This document shows positions 1 through 8,850 of a stretch of 64,000 nt of DNA, piece after piece (position 1 is the stretch's first letter; each line of letters starts with the position of its first letter). The notes beneath the pieces were generated by a model. That model was not told where the DNA came from, searched no databases, and saw nothing but the letters and a program-made list of their open reading frames with translations. The translations under genes and the position numbers were made by a program. The stretch comes from a virus (taxonomy: Duplodnaviria; Caudoviricetes): the IMG/VR virus record IMGVR_UViG_3300028833_000108, positions 35,697 through 99,696 of that record. One strand, 5' to 3'.

Positions 1-1116
1 GACACCTACATCTACACGGAAACGGAAAACTATGCCTACCGTATCGGAAAGCCTGACAAGAAGAAGGATGAATACACCGTGGAACGAATTGCGGTGAAGG
101 ACTATCCGACGTTCCGTGGAAAGGACCATGTCCTTCTGAATGAACTTTCTCAGGCCAAGCAGGATTTGCTATGGGGCTTGTACGAGGTTAGCACAAAGTC
201 CAAGAACGAAAACAAGACTCCTATCATCCCTAGCTACAAGGGAAAGCGTAAGTTTAGTGAATGGACTGCAAAGACTCCGAAAGACGAGTGGCAGAAGTAC
301 AAAGACAAGTTTGCATTTGAGCTTGCCAAGTATTACCGTGCCCTTCCTATCCAGCTTGATGGGGCTGAAGGTGACGATGTTATTTACAGTTCCATCAAGG
401 CGTTGCAGGATAGGTATAGCAGCATAGTTGTTGTTACCCGTGACAGCGATATGATGCAGATTGATTGCAGCAAGGCAGTGTTCTATGACCATCTTGCCGC
501 CAAGTTCCTCTCATGCGAGTCCCCGTCTGAATATCTGATACAGAAAATCGTATCGGGTGATAGCAGTGACAACATCCACGGCATGAGTTTGCCTAACCCC
601 AAGACCCCTGGTCTTCCGAAGGCTACCTGTGTTGGTAAGGATGGCGCTCCCAAGTTTGTCAAGGCTTGCGGCGATGTGTATGAAACGGCAAAGAGAGAGG
701 GTTGGGTTGACCAGTATATCAGGAACAAGACGCTGATTGACCTTAGTTGCACTCCCGACAATATCAAGAATGCGATTACCGAAGCATGCGGCAATGTTTG
801 CAACGGTGAATACGCTCCTGCTGAAAACATGGAACACATCGGCATCACGAAGGCTCAGCTTGATTTAATCAAGAATATGCGTGACCGTGGGTTCTACGCT
901 TTCCATCCTAGGAGCAAAGCGGATTGGTGCAACACGGCTTTTGCTTCGGAAAGGAATTACCAGTCTAACAAGATTGAACGTATTAAGGAAGACATGGAAT
1001 CGCCTATTTCGGCTGCCCCTGTTCCGACTGCTGTTGGAACTGCGGCACAGCCTGAACCAGACTATAACGTAGGCAATGTATTTGATAGTCCATTCGGTGA
1101 TGACCCTCCGTTTTAG
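1..1116 (+). CDS. rnh: T4 RNase H-like 5'-3' exonuclease / flap endonuclease (5'-truncated by window edge)
   Basis: Frame is open from base 1. FEN/5'-nuclease motifs: YKGKR, AEGDDVI, TRDSDMMQ, GDSSDNIHG (H3TH), RNKTLIDL. Confidence 0.85.
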   Translation, partial: DTYIYTETENYAYRIGKPDKKKDEYTVERIAVKDYPTFRGKDHVLLNELSQAKQDLLWGLYEVSTKSKNENKTPIIPSYKGKRKFSEWTAKTPKDEWQKYKDKFAFELAKYYRALPIQLDGAEGDDVIYSSIKALQDRYSSIVVVTRDSDMMQIDCSKAVFYDHLAAKFLSCESPSEYLIQKIVSGDSSDNIHGMSLPNPKTPGLPKATCVGKDGAPKFVKACGDVYETAKREGWVDQYIRNKTLIDLSCTPDNIKNAITEACGNVCNGEYAPAENMEHIGITKAQLDLIKNMRDRGFYAFHPRSKADWCNTAFASERNYQSNKIERIKEDMESPISAAPVPTAVGTAAQPEPDYNVGNVFDSPFGDDPPF

Positions 1117-1136
1117 TGTTCTATGGACTATTCAGG

Positions 1137-1171
1137 GTGTCGGGAGACTTTCTCCCGACACTTTTGTTTTT
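1137..1171 (+). terminator. Rho-independent terminator
   Basis: GTGTCGGGAGA-ctt-TCTCCCGACAC stem followed by TTTTGTTTTT. Confidence 0.8.
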
Positions 1172-1210
1172 AAAAATGTAATTTAATGTTGAATATTGAG
1201 GGATATTATT

Positions 1211-2578
1211 ATGAACCCACGAGTATATCTATTGGCCAGGTTGGTCAAACAGTCCAAAATGAAGTTCAAGATGTGGTGCAAGTACCACGAAAACATGGGC
1301 TTCCGTAAAATTTACATCTTCCTGACCGATGAACCCGATTGGTTCCAAGAAGCAAAGAAGGAACTCATTGCCGAAAGTGACAGCTTTGTATTCATCAAGG
1401 CCGACGAAAGATGGAGAAAGGTTAGCGAAATAGTCAAGGCGTTCTGCAAGCATTGCGGCAACGGTGACTGGGGTACGATTTTGTCTACGGACGAGTATAT
1501 CTATACCGAAAAGCATGACAAGTTCAATGTCGGAAACCTTGTGGGTTACGTCATTCAGAGACTTCACGCACGTTCGGTCACTCTGTACAAGGAATATGTG
1601 AGGGAAAACGACGGTTTCGAGTTCAAGGCAAAGAACTACGATACCTATAGCATGGACGACGCAAAGTTCCCAGTGGCAAGCACGCTCCTGTTCAGTGTAC
1701 AGGATGTCAATAGCAACCCGCTTTCCAGCCCATGCACGCCAGCAAATCAGGCACAGTGGATTGACTCCCGCTGGCAGCCGATTAACAAGGACATCTTGAC
1801 TACGCAGGTTCCTCGTTTCAGCGAATGTGCTGTCCGTGTAATCAAGCTAATTGAAAAGGATGCCGTTGACGAAGAGGCCGAAACCAGTTTCGATGAAAAG
1901 GCAAGTGCCTTCTGGCATTACTACCTGTATAAATTCCCTGAAATCACTCCTCGTTTCCCGCCGAAGGCAACTAAGCTTAAGGAGGAAACGGAAGAAAAGG
2001 TTAAGGAAATTGCCGAAGAACCAAAGCCGACTGCCCCTGCCGATGAAAATGTCGAGTACAACCTCGATGGCGAATTGGTTGGCCGTGTAATTGCTTCCAT
2101 TTTGAACGGAAACGACTACACAAAGGTTCTTGAAGATATCCATAACGCAAGGCTTCCTGTATCTGATGATGCCGTGAAAATCGTTTACGACCGTGAATGC
2201 TACAACATCATCGAAGGTAGCGAACCGTTCCAGCAACTGTTGCACATGTTGTCCGAAGGTTCCAAGCCTCAGACCATCATGAAGGAACTCCACGTGTCCC
2301 CGAAGAACTTGAAGAAGTGGCGTACGATGCTTGAAAACATCCCTGCCGAAATCAAGGCCAAGTTCGACAAGGCTTCTACCGAAGATGCTCCGCTGACCGT
2401 CGAGGAAGAGGTCATCCCTGTATCCGAAGCTGCGAAGACCGAAAAGAAGACGAAGAAGAAAGGCAGCAAGAAGAAAAAGACAGGCAAGGTCACGGTCGAG
2501 GATATCGACAACGGTGTTCAACCTGGCACGAAGGACTGTCCCGTGGAAGAAATTCCTACGGATTCGCAGGACGAATAA
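1211..2578 (+). CDS. Degenerate GT-A (GT2/GT92-like) glycosyltransferase domain fused to a C-terminal HTH and charged tail
   Basis: WCKYHENMGFRKIYIF resembles the GT2_4/GT92 'WIxYHxxLGFDHIYIY' motif. LSTDEYI lies where DxDE is expected. LSEGSKPQTIMKELHVSPKNLKKWR is HTH-like. ATG at 1211 follows GAGGGA. Confidence 0.5.
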   Translation: MNPRVYLLARLVKQSKMKFKMWCKYHENMGFRKIYIFLTDEPDWFQEAKKELIAESDSFVFIKADERWRKVSEIVKAFCKHCGNGDWGTILSTDEYIYTEKHDKFNVGNLVGYVIQRLHARSVTLYKEYVRENDGFEFKAKNYDTYSMDDAKFPVASTLLFSVQDVNSNPLSSPCTPANQAQWIDSRWQPINKDILTTQVPRFSECAVRVIKLIEKDAVDEEAETSFDEKASAFWHYYLYKFPEITPRFPPKATKLKEETEEKVKEIAEEPKPTAPADENVEYNLDGELVGRVIASILNGNDYTKVLEDIHNARLPVSDDAVKIVYDRECYNIIEGSEPFQQLLHMLSEGSKPQTIMKELHVSPKNLKKWRTMLENIPAEIKAKFDKASTEDAPLTVEEEVIPVSEAAKTEKKTKKKGSKKKKTGKVTVEDIDNGVQPGTKDCPVEEIPTDSQDE

Positions 2579-2605
2579 CAGAATAGCCAAAAAACAATAT
2601 AATTT

Positions 2606-2634
2606 AGTGGGAGCCCAATCGGGTTCCCACTTTT
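2606..2634 (+). terminator. Hairpin / probable terminator
   Basis: AGTGGGAGCCC-aatc-GGGTTCCCACT followed by TTT. Confidence 0.6.
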
Positions 2635-2646
2635 GTTGGAGTTTTC

Positions 2647-3063
2647 ATGACCGAAGATAAGTTCAAGAATGACGTTTTGCCGATGGCAGAGAAGTACATT
2701 ACGATACCCGAAGCCGTTCCTGAGGTTGTCGAGTATTTGCGTAAAGTCTCGAATTATGAATACACTTTTGCTCGTTTGGTGGATGAAGAAACCCGTCTGG
2801 TTTCAGAAATGAAAGTGAAAATGGACGACTTGCTTTCCGAGGTCACCCACAAGCACAAGTTCAAGACAATTCCTCGTTACACGAACAATACGCTTCTCAT
2901 GAACCGTATCAACGGGGACCCTATTCTTGTGGACTGGAAAAAGAAGATTGCCGAGCAGGAGGAATACCTTAGCTCTATGAAGGATGTTTTAAGCATCATC
3001 CGAGAGAACAGGTTCGCCTGCCAGAAGATTCTCGACCACGAAGTGTCTGTGGGCCACCAATAA
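2647..3063 (+). CDS. uvsY: UvsY-like recombination mediator
   Basis: 138 aa, helical. C-terminus INGDPILV...LSIIRENRFACQKILD parallels T4 UvsY LSADKDVL...LDAIKSRGFAIKHIQD. Adjacent to uvsX. Confidence 0.65.
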   Translation: MTEDKFKNDVLPMAEKYITIPEAVPEVVEYLRKVSNYEYTFARLVDEETRLVSEMKVKMDDLLSEVTHKHKFKTIPRYTNNTLLMNRINGDPILVDWKKKIAEQEEYLSSMKDVLSIIRENRFACQKILDHEVSVGHQ

Positions 3064-3065
3064 CT

Positions 3066-3074
3066 TATAAACAT
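3066..3074 (+). promoter_or_regulatory. Variant late-promoter motif TATAAACAT upstream of uvsX
   Basis: 7/9 match to the TATAAACTA consensus, located in an intergenic gap. Confidence 0.45.
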
Positions 3075-3148
3075 AGTATGTCTAAGCATCAACAAGTCTG
3101 AAGACAAGGACCCCCTGGGTTGAACGTCGAGACAGACAGGAGTAAAAT

Positions 3149-4414
3149 ATGCCTAGTAAATTGATAGCCAAGTTGAAGGGTATTAAGGCCTTCGAAGAAA
3201 ACATCATCAGCAAGAACGAGCCAGTCGAATACCTTGGCTGCGGAATCCCAGTTCTTGAAATTCTTTTCAGTGGTATGGTAAACCACGGTATCAAGAAGGG
3301 TCACATGTCGGAAATCGCAGCTCCGTCTACAATGGGTAAATCCATTATCGGCCTTTACTATCTTGCGACCGCTTACCACTCTGGAATGGATTGCATCGTT
3401 GTTTCATCAGAAGGCGCTTTCAACTTTAAGTTGGCACAGCGTCTCGGTGTAAATACCGACGAAATCATCGTGTATGAATCGAAGTTTATCCACCAAATCA
3501 ATGAATTTATCACAAACGCCCAGAAAGGATTGACCCGTAAGGAACGCCATAATGTATTCCTTCTGTTCGACTCTTGGGGACCGATTATTTCATTGCAGCG
3601 TGTTGAGGCCATCGAAAAGCAGACGGGTAAGGATGCCCCGACCGCAGACATGGGGCAGACTGCAATCAAGAAGAACGAACTTGCCAAGCTGATTAACGCA
3701 TCCGAGTTTACCTCGCTTATCATCAACCACGTTTACGACAGCCTTGAACAGTACAAGGACCCGAAGAACATCCCTGGTGGTTGCGAACTGTACTTCAACA
3801 GCGATGCCATCGTTCTGGTATGCACGAACGGAAGGGCGTACAAGACGAAGAAAACAGCCACACAAAAGGCATCCAAGATTGGTAAGATTGCTACCGCACA
3901 GATTAAGAAGGGTCGTGACGGTATGGAAGACCGCATGTGCGAATACCGTATTCTTACGAATGGTGGTATCGACCGCTGGTACGGATTGGTTGAAGATGCT
4001 ATTGCGTCTGGGGTTGCTGTTGAAACCAAGAAGGGTAATCAGGGAACATTCCTCCATCGTCCTGATTATGATATAGACAAGGAAACTGGCGAACTTCTCC
4101 GTGAATTCCGTTGGACTGACGATGATGCCGATGAATGCAACACGCAGGCGTTCATGGAACCGATTATAAGCGACCCGAAGTTCCTTGCTTACATCGAGAA
4201 GCAGTACATGTACGATGTATCCCTCTTTGCAAAAGACCTTGTTGGTGAAATGCCAGCACCTCTCACTGAGGAAGAGCAGACCAAGAAAAAGGCCCGCAAG
4301 AGCAAGTTGAAGGAAGAAGCTGCAGCTACTCCGAAGAACATCAGCGATGAAATCGAAGCAGTGCAGGAAGAAACTGCCGCCGAGATTGCTGCAAAGGGCG
4401 CAAAGTCGAAATAG
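3149..4414 (+). CDS. uvsX: UvsX/RecA-like recombinase
   Basis: Walker A APSTMGKS, SSEGA, Walker B LLFDSWG, ADMG, INHVY, PGGCELYFNSD, GGIDRWYGL. Confidence 0.9.
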   Translation: MPSKLIAKLKGIKAFEENIISKNEPVEYLGCGIPVLEILFSGMVNHGIKKGHMSEIAAPSTMGKSIIGLYYLATAYHSGMDCIVVSSEGAFNFKLAQRLGVNTDEIIVYESKFIHQINEFITNAQKGLTRKERHNVFLLFDSWGPIISLQRVEAIEKQTGKDAPTADMGQTAIKKNELAKLINASEFTSLIINHVYDSLEQYKDPKNIPGGCELYFNSDAIVLVCTNGRAYKTKKTATQKASKIGKIATAQIKKGRDGMEDRMCEYRILTNGGIDRWYGLVEDAIASGVAVETKKGNQGTFLHRPDYDIDKETGELLREFRWTDDDADECNTQAFMEPIISDPKFLAYIEKQYMYDVSLFAKDLVGEMPAPLTEEEQTKKKARKSKLKEEAAATPKNISDEIEAVQEETAAEIAAKGAKSK

Positions 4415-4430
4415 TAAGTACATAATTAAA

Positions 4431-4464
4431 AAACGGGCGGTTGTCTATCTTCCGCCTGTTTTTT
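4431..4464 (+). terminator. Rho-independent terminator
   Basis: AAACGGGCGG...CCGCCTGTTTTTT. Confidence 0.65.
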
Positions 4465-4468
4465 AGTC

Positions 4469-4497
4469 TTGCAAAATTAGTAATGATAATGTATTTT
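4469..4497 (+). promoter_or_regulatory. sigma70-type promoter for the helicase
   Basis: -35 TTGCAA (4469), 17-bp spacer, -10 TATTTT (4492). Same geometry as at 7205 and 10055. Confidence 0.55.
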
Positions 4498-4532
4498 TAG
4501 TTTGCAATGTGATAAATAACCGAAGGTGAAAT

Positions 4533-6047
4533 ATGGTAGTAGAAAATTTAAGTGATGAAGAGTATGTCCTGAGGTGTTTCTTTGAAGATGAAAATGTCCG
4601 TCTGCGTATTACGGACAAGATGCAAGAAGAGTATTTCGAAGACAAGGCTGATAAGCAGATTATCTACCTTATCAATGCGTTCCGTCGTAAATATGACCGT
4701 TATCCGACAGCGCAGGAACTCGTAACTGGATTAAATCAAAACCCAGGTTACAGCGATGAAGCAAAGGAACAGCTTCTCAAAATTACACGCCCTATTGGCG
4801 TAATCGCTCCCGATGTAAAGAAGAACATTATTGAAGATTATTTCAAGTTCAAGGTTTCCCAGAGGCTTATGGAAGAGTACGCTCTCCACATGCACGGGAA
4901 AGACCCGGCCGCAATGCGTGGCATCATGCCAAAATTGCAGGATGCGTTGAACTTCAAGCTTACGACAAACTTGGGTATCCATTACATCCGTGACGCAAAG
5001 TATGCAAAGTCTAAGCTAGGCGACATGGAAAAGAGTATCCCGTCGAAGCTCGGTGAAATCAGAAAGTTTACTAGCGAGAGCCCAGATGCGCAGGGAACTT
5101 GTGGTGGTTATTTCCGTAAATGTCTGAGCATTGTTGGCGGTACATCTGGCGGTGGTAAGTCGATGTTCATGGTTAATGAGGCCGCATTTGCTGCCACCCT
5201 TGGCTACAACGTTGTTTACATCAGTCTTGAACTTGATGCGGCAAAGATTTGGGAACGTGTTACTAGCGCCATCCTTGATGTTTCCCGTTACGATATCTCC
5301 AAGATGAGTGACGAGGAAGTGATTGTCAAGCTGCAGGCAGAACACGACCCGTCGATACCGACACCAGGTAACCTGTTCATAAACTGGATGCCAACGAGAA
5401 AGACGACACCTGACGACATCGAAGGCTACATCAATGAACTGGAACAGGTGGAAGGAATTAAGATTGACTTCCTTGTTGTTGACTATATTGGCATTATCAG
5501 TCCGAACGCAGGTACGTACAACAAGACCGACGGAAGCTACCAGAAAATCCTGTATTCTGCTGAACAGTTGAGAAACATGGCAGTTAACCGTGATATGGCT
5601 ATATTGACAGGAACACAGATGCAACGTGCTGGTTACCGAATGAAGGATATCGGTATGGACCAGACTGCTGGCTCAATGGGTCTTGGTGATACAGCAGACT
5701 TCTATTACATCATCGTTCACGATGTTGCCTTGAAACGGGCTGGCTTCTTGACGGTTACGATAGGAAAGAACCGATTTGGGTCCAGTGATGTTCAGTTCAA
5801 TGTTAGGGTCGATTGGCCTCACATGCGACTAAGTGATGTACAGCCAGAGGATATGGAAACCATTAACAGCATTATGATGGAATCCATGGCTCAGGAAGCG
5901 ATGGCTGCAGCAGGACAAAGGAGACCTCCGCAGGCACAACAGCCCACTTTGCTACAACAACAGCAACCGCAACAGCAACAGCAGCCTAGACAGAAGAAGG
6001 AGAAACCCATAGACCCGTCGTTCTCGTCAATGGCTCAGCTCTTCTAA
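4533..6047 (+). CDS. 41: Replicative DnaB-family helicase (T4 gp41-like)
   Basis: GTSGGGKS Walker A, YISLEL, VVDYIGII, TGTQMQR, GDTADF, KNRFG. Gln-rich C-terminal tail. Confidence 0.92.
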   Translation: MVVENLSDEEYVLRCFFEDENVRLRITDKMQEEYFEDKADKQIIYLINAFRRKYDRYPTAQELVTGLNQNPGYSDEAKEQLLKITRPIGVIAPDVKKNIIEDYFKFKVSQRLMEEYALHMHGKDPAAMRGIMPKLQDALNFKLTTNLGIHYIRDAKYAKSKLGDMEKSIPSKLGEIRKFTSESPDAQGTCGGYFRKCLSIVGGTSGGGKSMFMVNEAAFAATLGYNVVYISLELDAAKIWERVTSAILDVSRYDISKMSDEEVIVKLQAEHDPSIPTPGNLFINWMPTRKTTPDDIEGYINELEQVEGIKIDFLVVDYIGIISPNAGTYNKTDGSYQKILYSAEQLRNMAVNRDMAILTGTQMQRAGYRMKDIGMDQTAGSMGLGDTADFYYIIVHDVALKRAGFLTVTIGKNRFGSSDVQFNVRVDWPHMRLSDVQPEDMETINSIMMESMAQEAMAAAGQRRPPQAQQPTLLQQQQPQQQQQPRQKKEKPIDPSFSSMAQLF

Positions 6048-6086
6048 AAATATATTTTACCCAGTAGATTGAACTACTGGGTATTT

Positions 6087-6500
6087 ATGTATACCATTTT
6101 GGATGAAAACCAGAGGCAGACGATTTGCGGCAAGATTGAGGCGATGTTTTCCACCCCTTCAGCCGTTGACGGAACTTGCGGCTTGTTCAGCATGCCTGAA
6201 CCGTTGATTAAGGACAGGGCAGCTTATTTTAACGAATGCATTAAGTCGGTCTACCAGCTTTTGCACGAACGGGACTCCCAAATAGGGATGTTCGAGGTGG
6301 TGTCTAGCCTGGACGAGTATTTCGACATCGATTTCCTTGTCAAGAACGTATTCTCGGATGACATCATTGAGGCAATAATCGACCAGATTGCCGACGGTTT
6401 CGACAAGGCAAAACGGGATGGACGGATTAACTTGGAAAATTCCAGTTTGCCGCCTGGATTGAAGGAAAGACTTATCGCACGTTTCGAAAAGAGGGTTTAA
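6087..6500 (+). CDS. Hypothetical protein, possibly a gp33-like late transcription coactivator
   Basis: Small acidic helical protein upstream of gene 32, as in T4. FEVVSSLDEYFDIDFLVKNVFSDDIIEAI is only weakly gp33-like. Confidence 0.3.
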   Translation: MYTILDENQRQTICGKIEAMFSTPSAVDGTCGLFSMPEPLIKDRAAYFNECIKSVYQLLHERDSQIGMFEVVSSLDEYFDIDFLVKNVFSDDIIEAIIDQIADGFDKAKRDGRINLENSSLPPGLKERLIARFEKRV

Positions 6501-6501
6501 T

Positions 6502-7200
6502 ATGAAAAGATGTGCACTTAGCGATACGGATAGGAAGTTGTTGGATGCCAACAAGCAGGAAAAGAAGCAGCAGTTGGCGGCCTTGAACGCGGACATGCAG
6601 AGAATGGTTGCCACCGGCCACAGCAAGATGCTTGACGAAACCCCGTTCCTGCCTACGGGCCCGAAGGCTTACCAGCTTGTCGAGACCGAGCATTACAAGA
6701 AGTGGATTCAGAAAATCCGCGATAGCGCTCCCGAAAAGAAGTGGGTTGGCAAGAGCTATTTCGGCATTGCCGACGAATACACCGAGGCTTCCGAGAAGGT
6801 TTCAGAGAAGCTGCTTGACCAGAAGGAAGTTGAGCAGATTACGGAGACTTATGTTGACGAAAACGGTCATCAGCAGGTCAAGATTCGTGACGATTACGAC
6901 CCGAACCATGCAAACGAGGTGGAAGATACCGAGTTGACCAAGGAAGAGAAGAACGTATTCGACTTCGCCACCATCAAGAACAAAGTTGTTGCCCACCTGG
7001 AATGGAGCCTTGACGACCTGTTCGACGATATCGAGGAGTCCTTGAACGAACTCCATGCTGGCGAGGAGGATTACCAGACGCCTGAGAACTTGAAGGAGGT
7101 CGTTGCCACCATGCAGAAGACCGAACAGCTCAAGATGCTCGAATACAAGCGTCAGCAGGCGGAGGCATTGGAATACGACAAGAAGAAAAAAATGCAGTAA
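6502..7200 (+). CDS. Hypothetical charged coiled-coil protein
   Basis: 232-aa ORF with phage-like codon usage and a GAGGG RBS. Confidence 0.6.
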   Translation: MKRCALSDTDRKLLDANKQEKKQQLAALNADMQRMVATGHSKMLDETPFLPTGPKAYQLVETEHYKKWIQKIRDSAPEKKWVGKSYFGIADEYTEASEKVSEKLLDQKEVEQITETYVDENGHQQVKIRDDYDPNHANEVEDTELTKEEKNVFDFATIKNKVVAHLEWSLDDLFDDIEESLNELHAGEEDYQTPENLKEVVATMQKTEQLKMLEYKRQQAEALEYDKKKKMQ

Positions 7201-7204
7201 AGTA

Positions 7205-7233
7205 TTGCATTTGTCGTTTGGATAATGTATATT
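7205..7233 (+). promoter_or_regulatory. sigma70-type promoter for gene 32
   Basis: -35 TTGCAT, 17-bp spacer, -10 TATATT. Confidence 0.55.
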
Positions 7234-7251
7234 TGTTAAAACGATTTACAT

Positions 7252-7260
7252 TATAAACTT
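7252..7260 (+). promoter_or_regulatory. Late-promoter motif variant TATAAACTT for gene 32
   Basis: 8/9 match to the consensus, intergenic. Confidence 0.55.
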
Positions 7261-7314
7261 TAATTGAGGAAATTTCCTCATTAATAACAATGTGAATTAA
7301 CAATAGGTAATAAC

Positions 7315-8757
7315 ATGACTAATAACCTTGATTTGAACTATGTCCCAGCGGCTGCTTCGGCTCCGCAATCCCCATCCACAGAACCAACACGTCCGGTAGA
7401 TACCCGTGTCTGGAAGACCAGGTTGGACGACACCCACAAGTCGTATTCTGCCCAGGTTCGTATTCTTCCCAACATGAAGCGTGATGCCCAGGGCAACCTG
7501 GATTACGACAGGGCAAATCCGTCCCCGTTCCGTAAGATTATGGTCCACTATCTCCGCATCGGAAATGGTGAAAAGAAGTACTTCAAGTGCTTGAAGACCA
7601 CATATACTGGCAACAAGCTGAAAGGCGTTTGCCCGTACTGCGACTGGACGTTCAACCGCTACTACATGCTCAAGAAGGCCGTTGATGCAGGCGATGCACT
7701 TGCAGCCGATGAATTGAAGACTAACCAGCGTAACCAGGCTTCCACGAGCTATGTTGCAAACGCTCTTATCCGTACGGATATGGTTCATAACGAGTTTAAC
7801 AACCAGGTGAAAATCTGGGAACACTCGATGAAGGTGAATGAAGCTCTTGACTATCCTCGTGAACCAGAAGTTGTTGCACTGAGAAGGTGGAAAAATACCA
7901 AGGAAGGCCGCAAGAAGCCTGATTCCGAGTTTGTTCCGAACGAATTGGAACTCAGAAACGCCTCCCGTTTCTTCCCTGAACAGATTCGTGGTGGACGTGA
8001 CTTTATTGTTACGTGTCAGGAATCCGCTAGCGAAATTGACGGCAAGCCGATTAACTCATACGATGCCAGCAAGTTTGTTGACACGCCAAGTGATGTTGCC
8101 GCAACAGATGCTGAAATCATTTCCTACTTGAACCAGTGCGTTGACCTCGACGAATATCAGAGGGAAGACCTTCCTGCTACTTATGAAGAAGCACAGAAGA
8201 TGCTTAACGAGTGGTTGGTGTCTCAGACTGGAAATGCTGCCGTCAGCACTCCTGCCGACATCACTCCGAATGCAGCAGCTCCTGCCGCTACCCCGAACCC
8301 GAACATGACTCGTATGTCTGGTGCAGAATTCCTCGGTAACGCTCAGCCGCAACAGGCAGCTCCTCAGGCAGCTCCTCAGGCGCAGTACAGCAATCCTGCC
8401 GTAATCAACGCTCAGCCGACGCAGCCTGTTCAGCCCGCAGCTCCTGCACAGCCGTCTCTCAACCAGATGGCAGCACAGCAGCCCGCACCGCAGATGGCTC
8501 CGCAACCTCAGGTTCAGCCTCAGTATGCACAGCCGCAGCCGCAGTATGCACAGCCTACGCAACCGCAATATGTTCAACCGCAGTTTGCAGCACAGGCTCA
8601 GCCCGCAGCTCAGCCGATGCCTGCACAGCCGACGATGGCTCCTCAGCCGCAGGTTCAGGCCCAGCCTCAGTTTGCACCTCAGGCCCAGCCTCAGATGCAG
8701 CCAGCTGCTCCGACTCCGAACGCTGCAGGCTTCCCTGACGATGACCTTCCGTTCTAA
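7315..8757 (+). CDS. 32: Single-stranded DNA-binding protein (T4 gp32-like) with long Q/P/A-rich linker and acidic tip
   Basis: DTRVWK, AQVRILP, His and Cys Zn ligands (HY...CLKT...CPYC), SYVANALI, YDASKF. Ends in FPDDDLPF. Confidence 0.85.
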   Translation: MTNNLDLNYVPAAASAPQSPSTEPTRPVDTRVWKTRLDDTHKSYSAQVRILPNMKRDAQGNLDYDRANPSPFRKIMVHYLRIGNGEKKYFKCLKTTYTGNKLKGVCPYCDWTFNRYYMLKKAVDAGDALAADELKTNQRNQASTSYVANALIRTDMVHNEFNNQVKIWEHSMKVNEALDYPREPEVVALRRWKNTKEGRKKPDSEFVPNELELRNASRFFPEQIRGGRDFIVTCQESASEIDGKPINSYDASKFVDTPSDVAATDAEIISYLNQCVDLDEYQREDLPATYEEAQKMLNEWLVSQTGNAAVSTPADITPNAAAPAATPNPNMTRMSGAEFLGNAQPQQAAPQAAPQAQYSNPAVINAQPTQPVQPAAPAQPSLNQMAAQQPAPQMAPQPQVQPQYAQPQPQYAQPTQPQYVQPQFAAQAQPAAQPMPAQPTMAPQPQVQAQPQFAPQAQPQMQPAAPTPNAAGFPDDDLPF

Positions 8758-8774
8758 TCGTTAGTGATTTCTTC

Positions 8775-8803
8775 AAGGGCGTGCCGTTTGGCACGCCTTT
8801 TTT
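8775..8803 (+). terminator. Rho-independent terminator
   Basis: AAGGGCGTGCC-gttt-GGCACGCCTTTTTT. Confidence 0.85.
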
Positions 8804-8850
8804 ATTGGAATAATGTATTTTAATAACGAAAGTAAACTGATGGAAGTCTT

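Noticed and set aside
3149-6047. Inteins or introns in UvsX or the helicase
   Set aside because: Lengths are near normal, and no C...HN splice motifs or homing endonuclease signature were seen.
6020-6047. Clamp-binding motif at the helicase C-terminus (SSMAQLF)
   Set aside because: It only loosely resembles QL[S/D]LF or SLDFLF and is too short to support.
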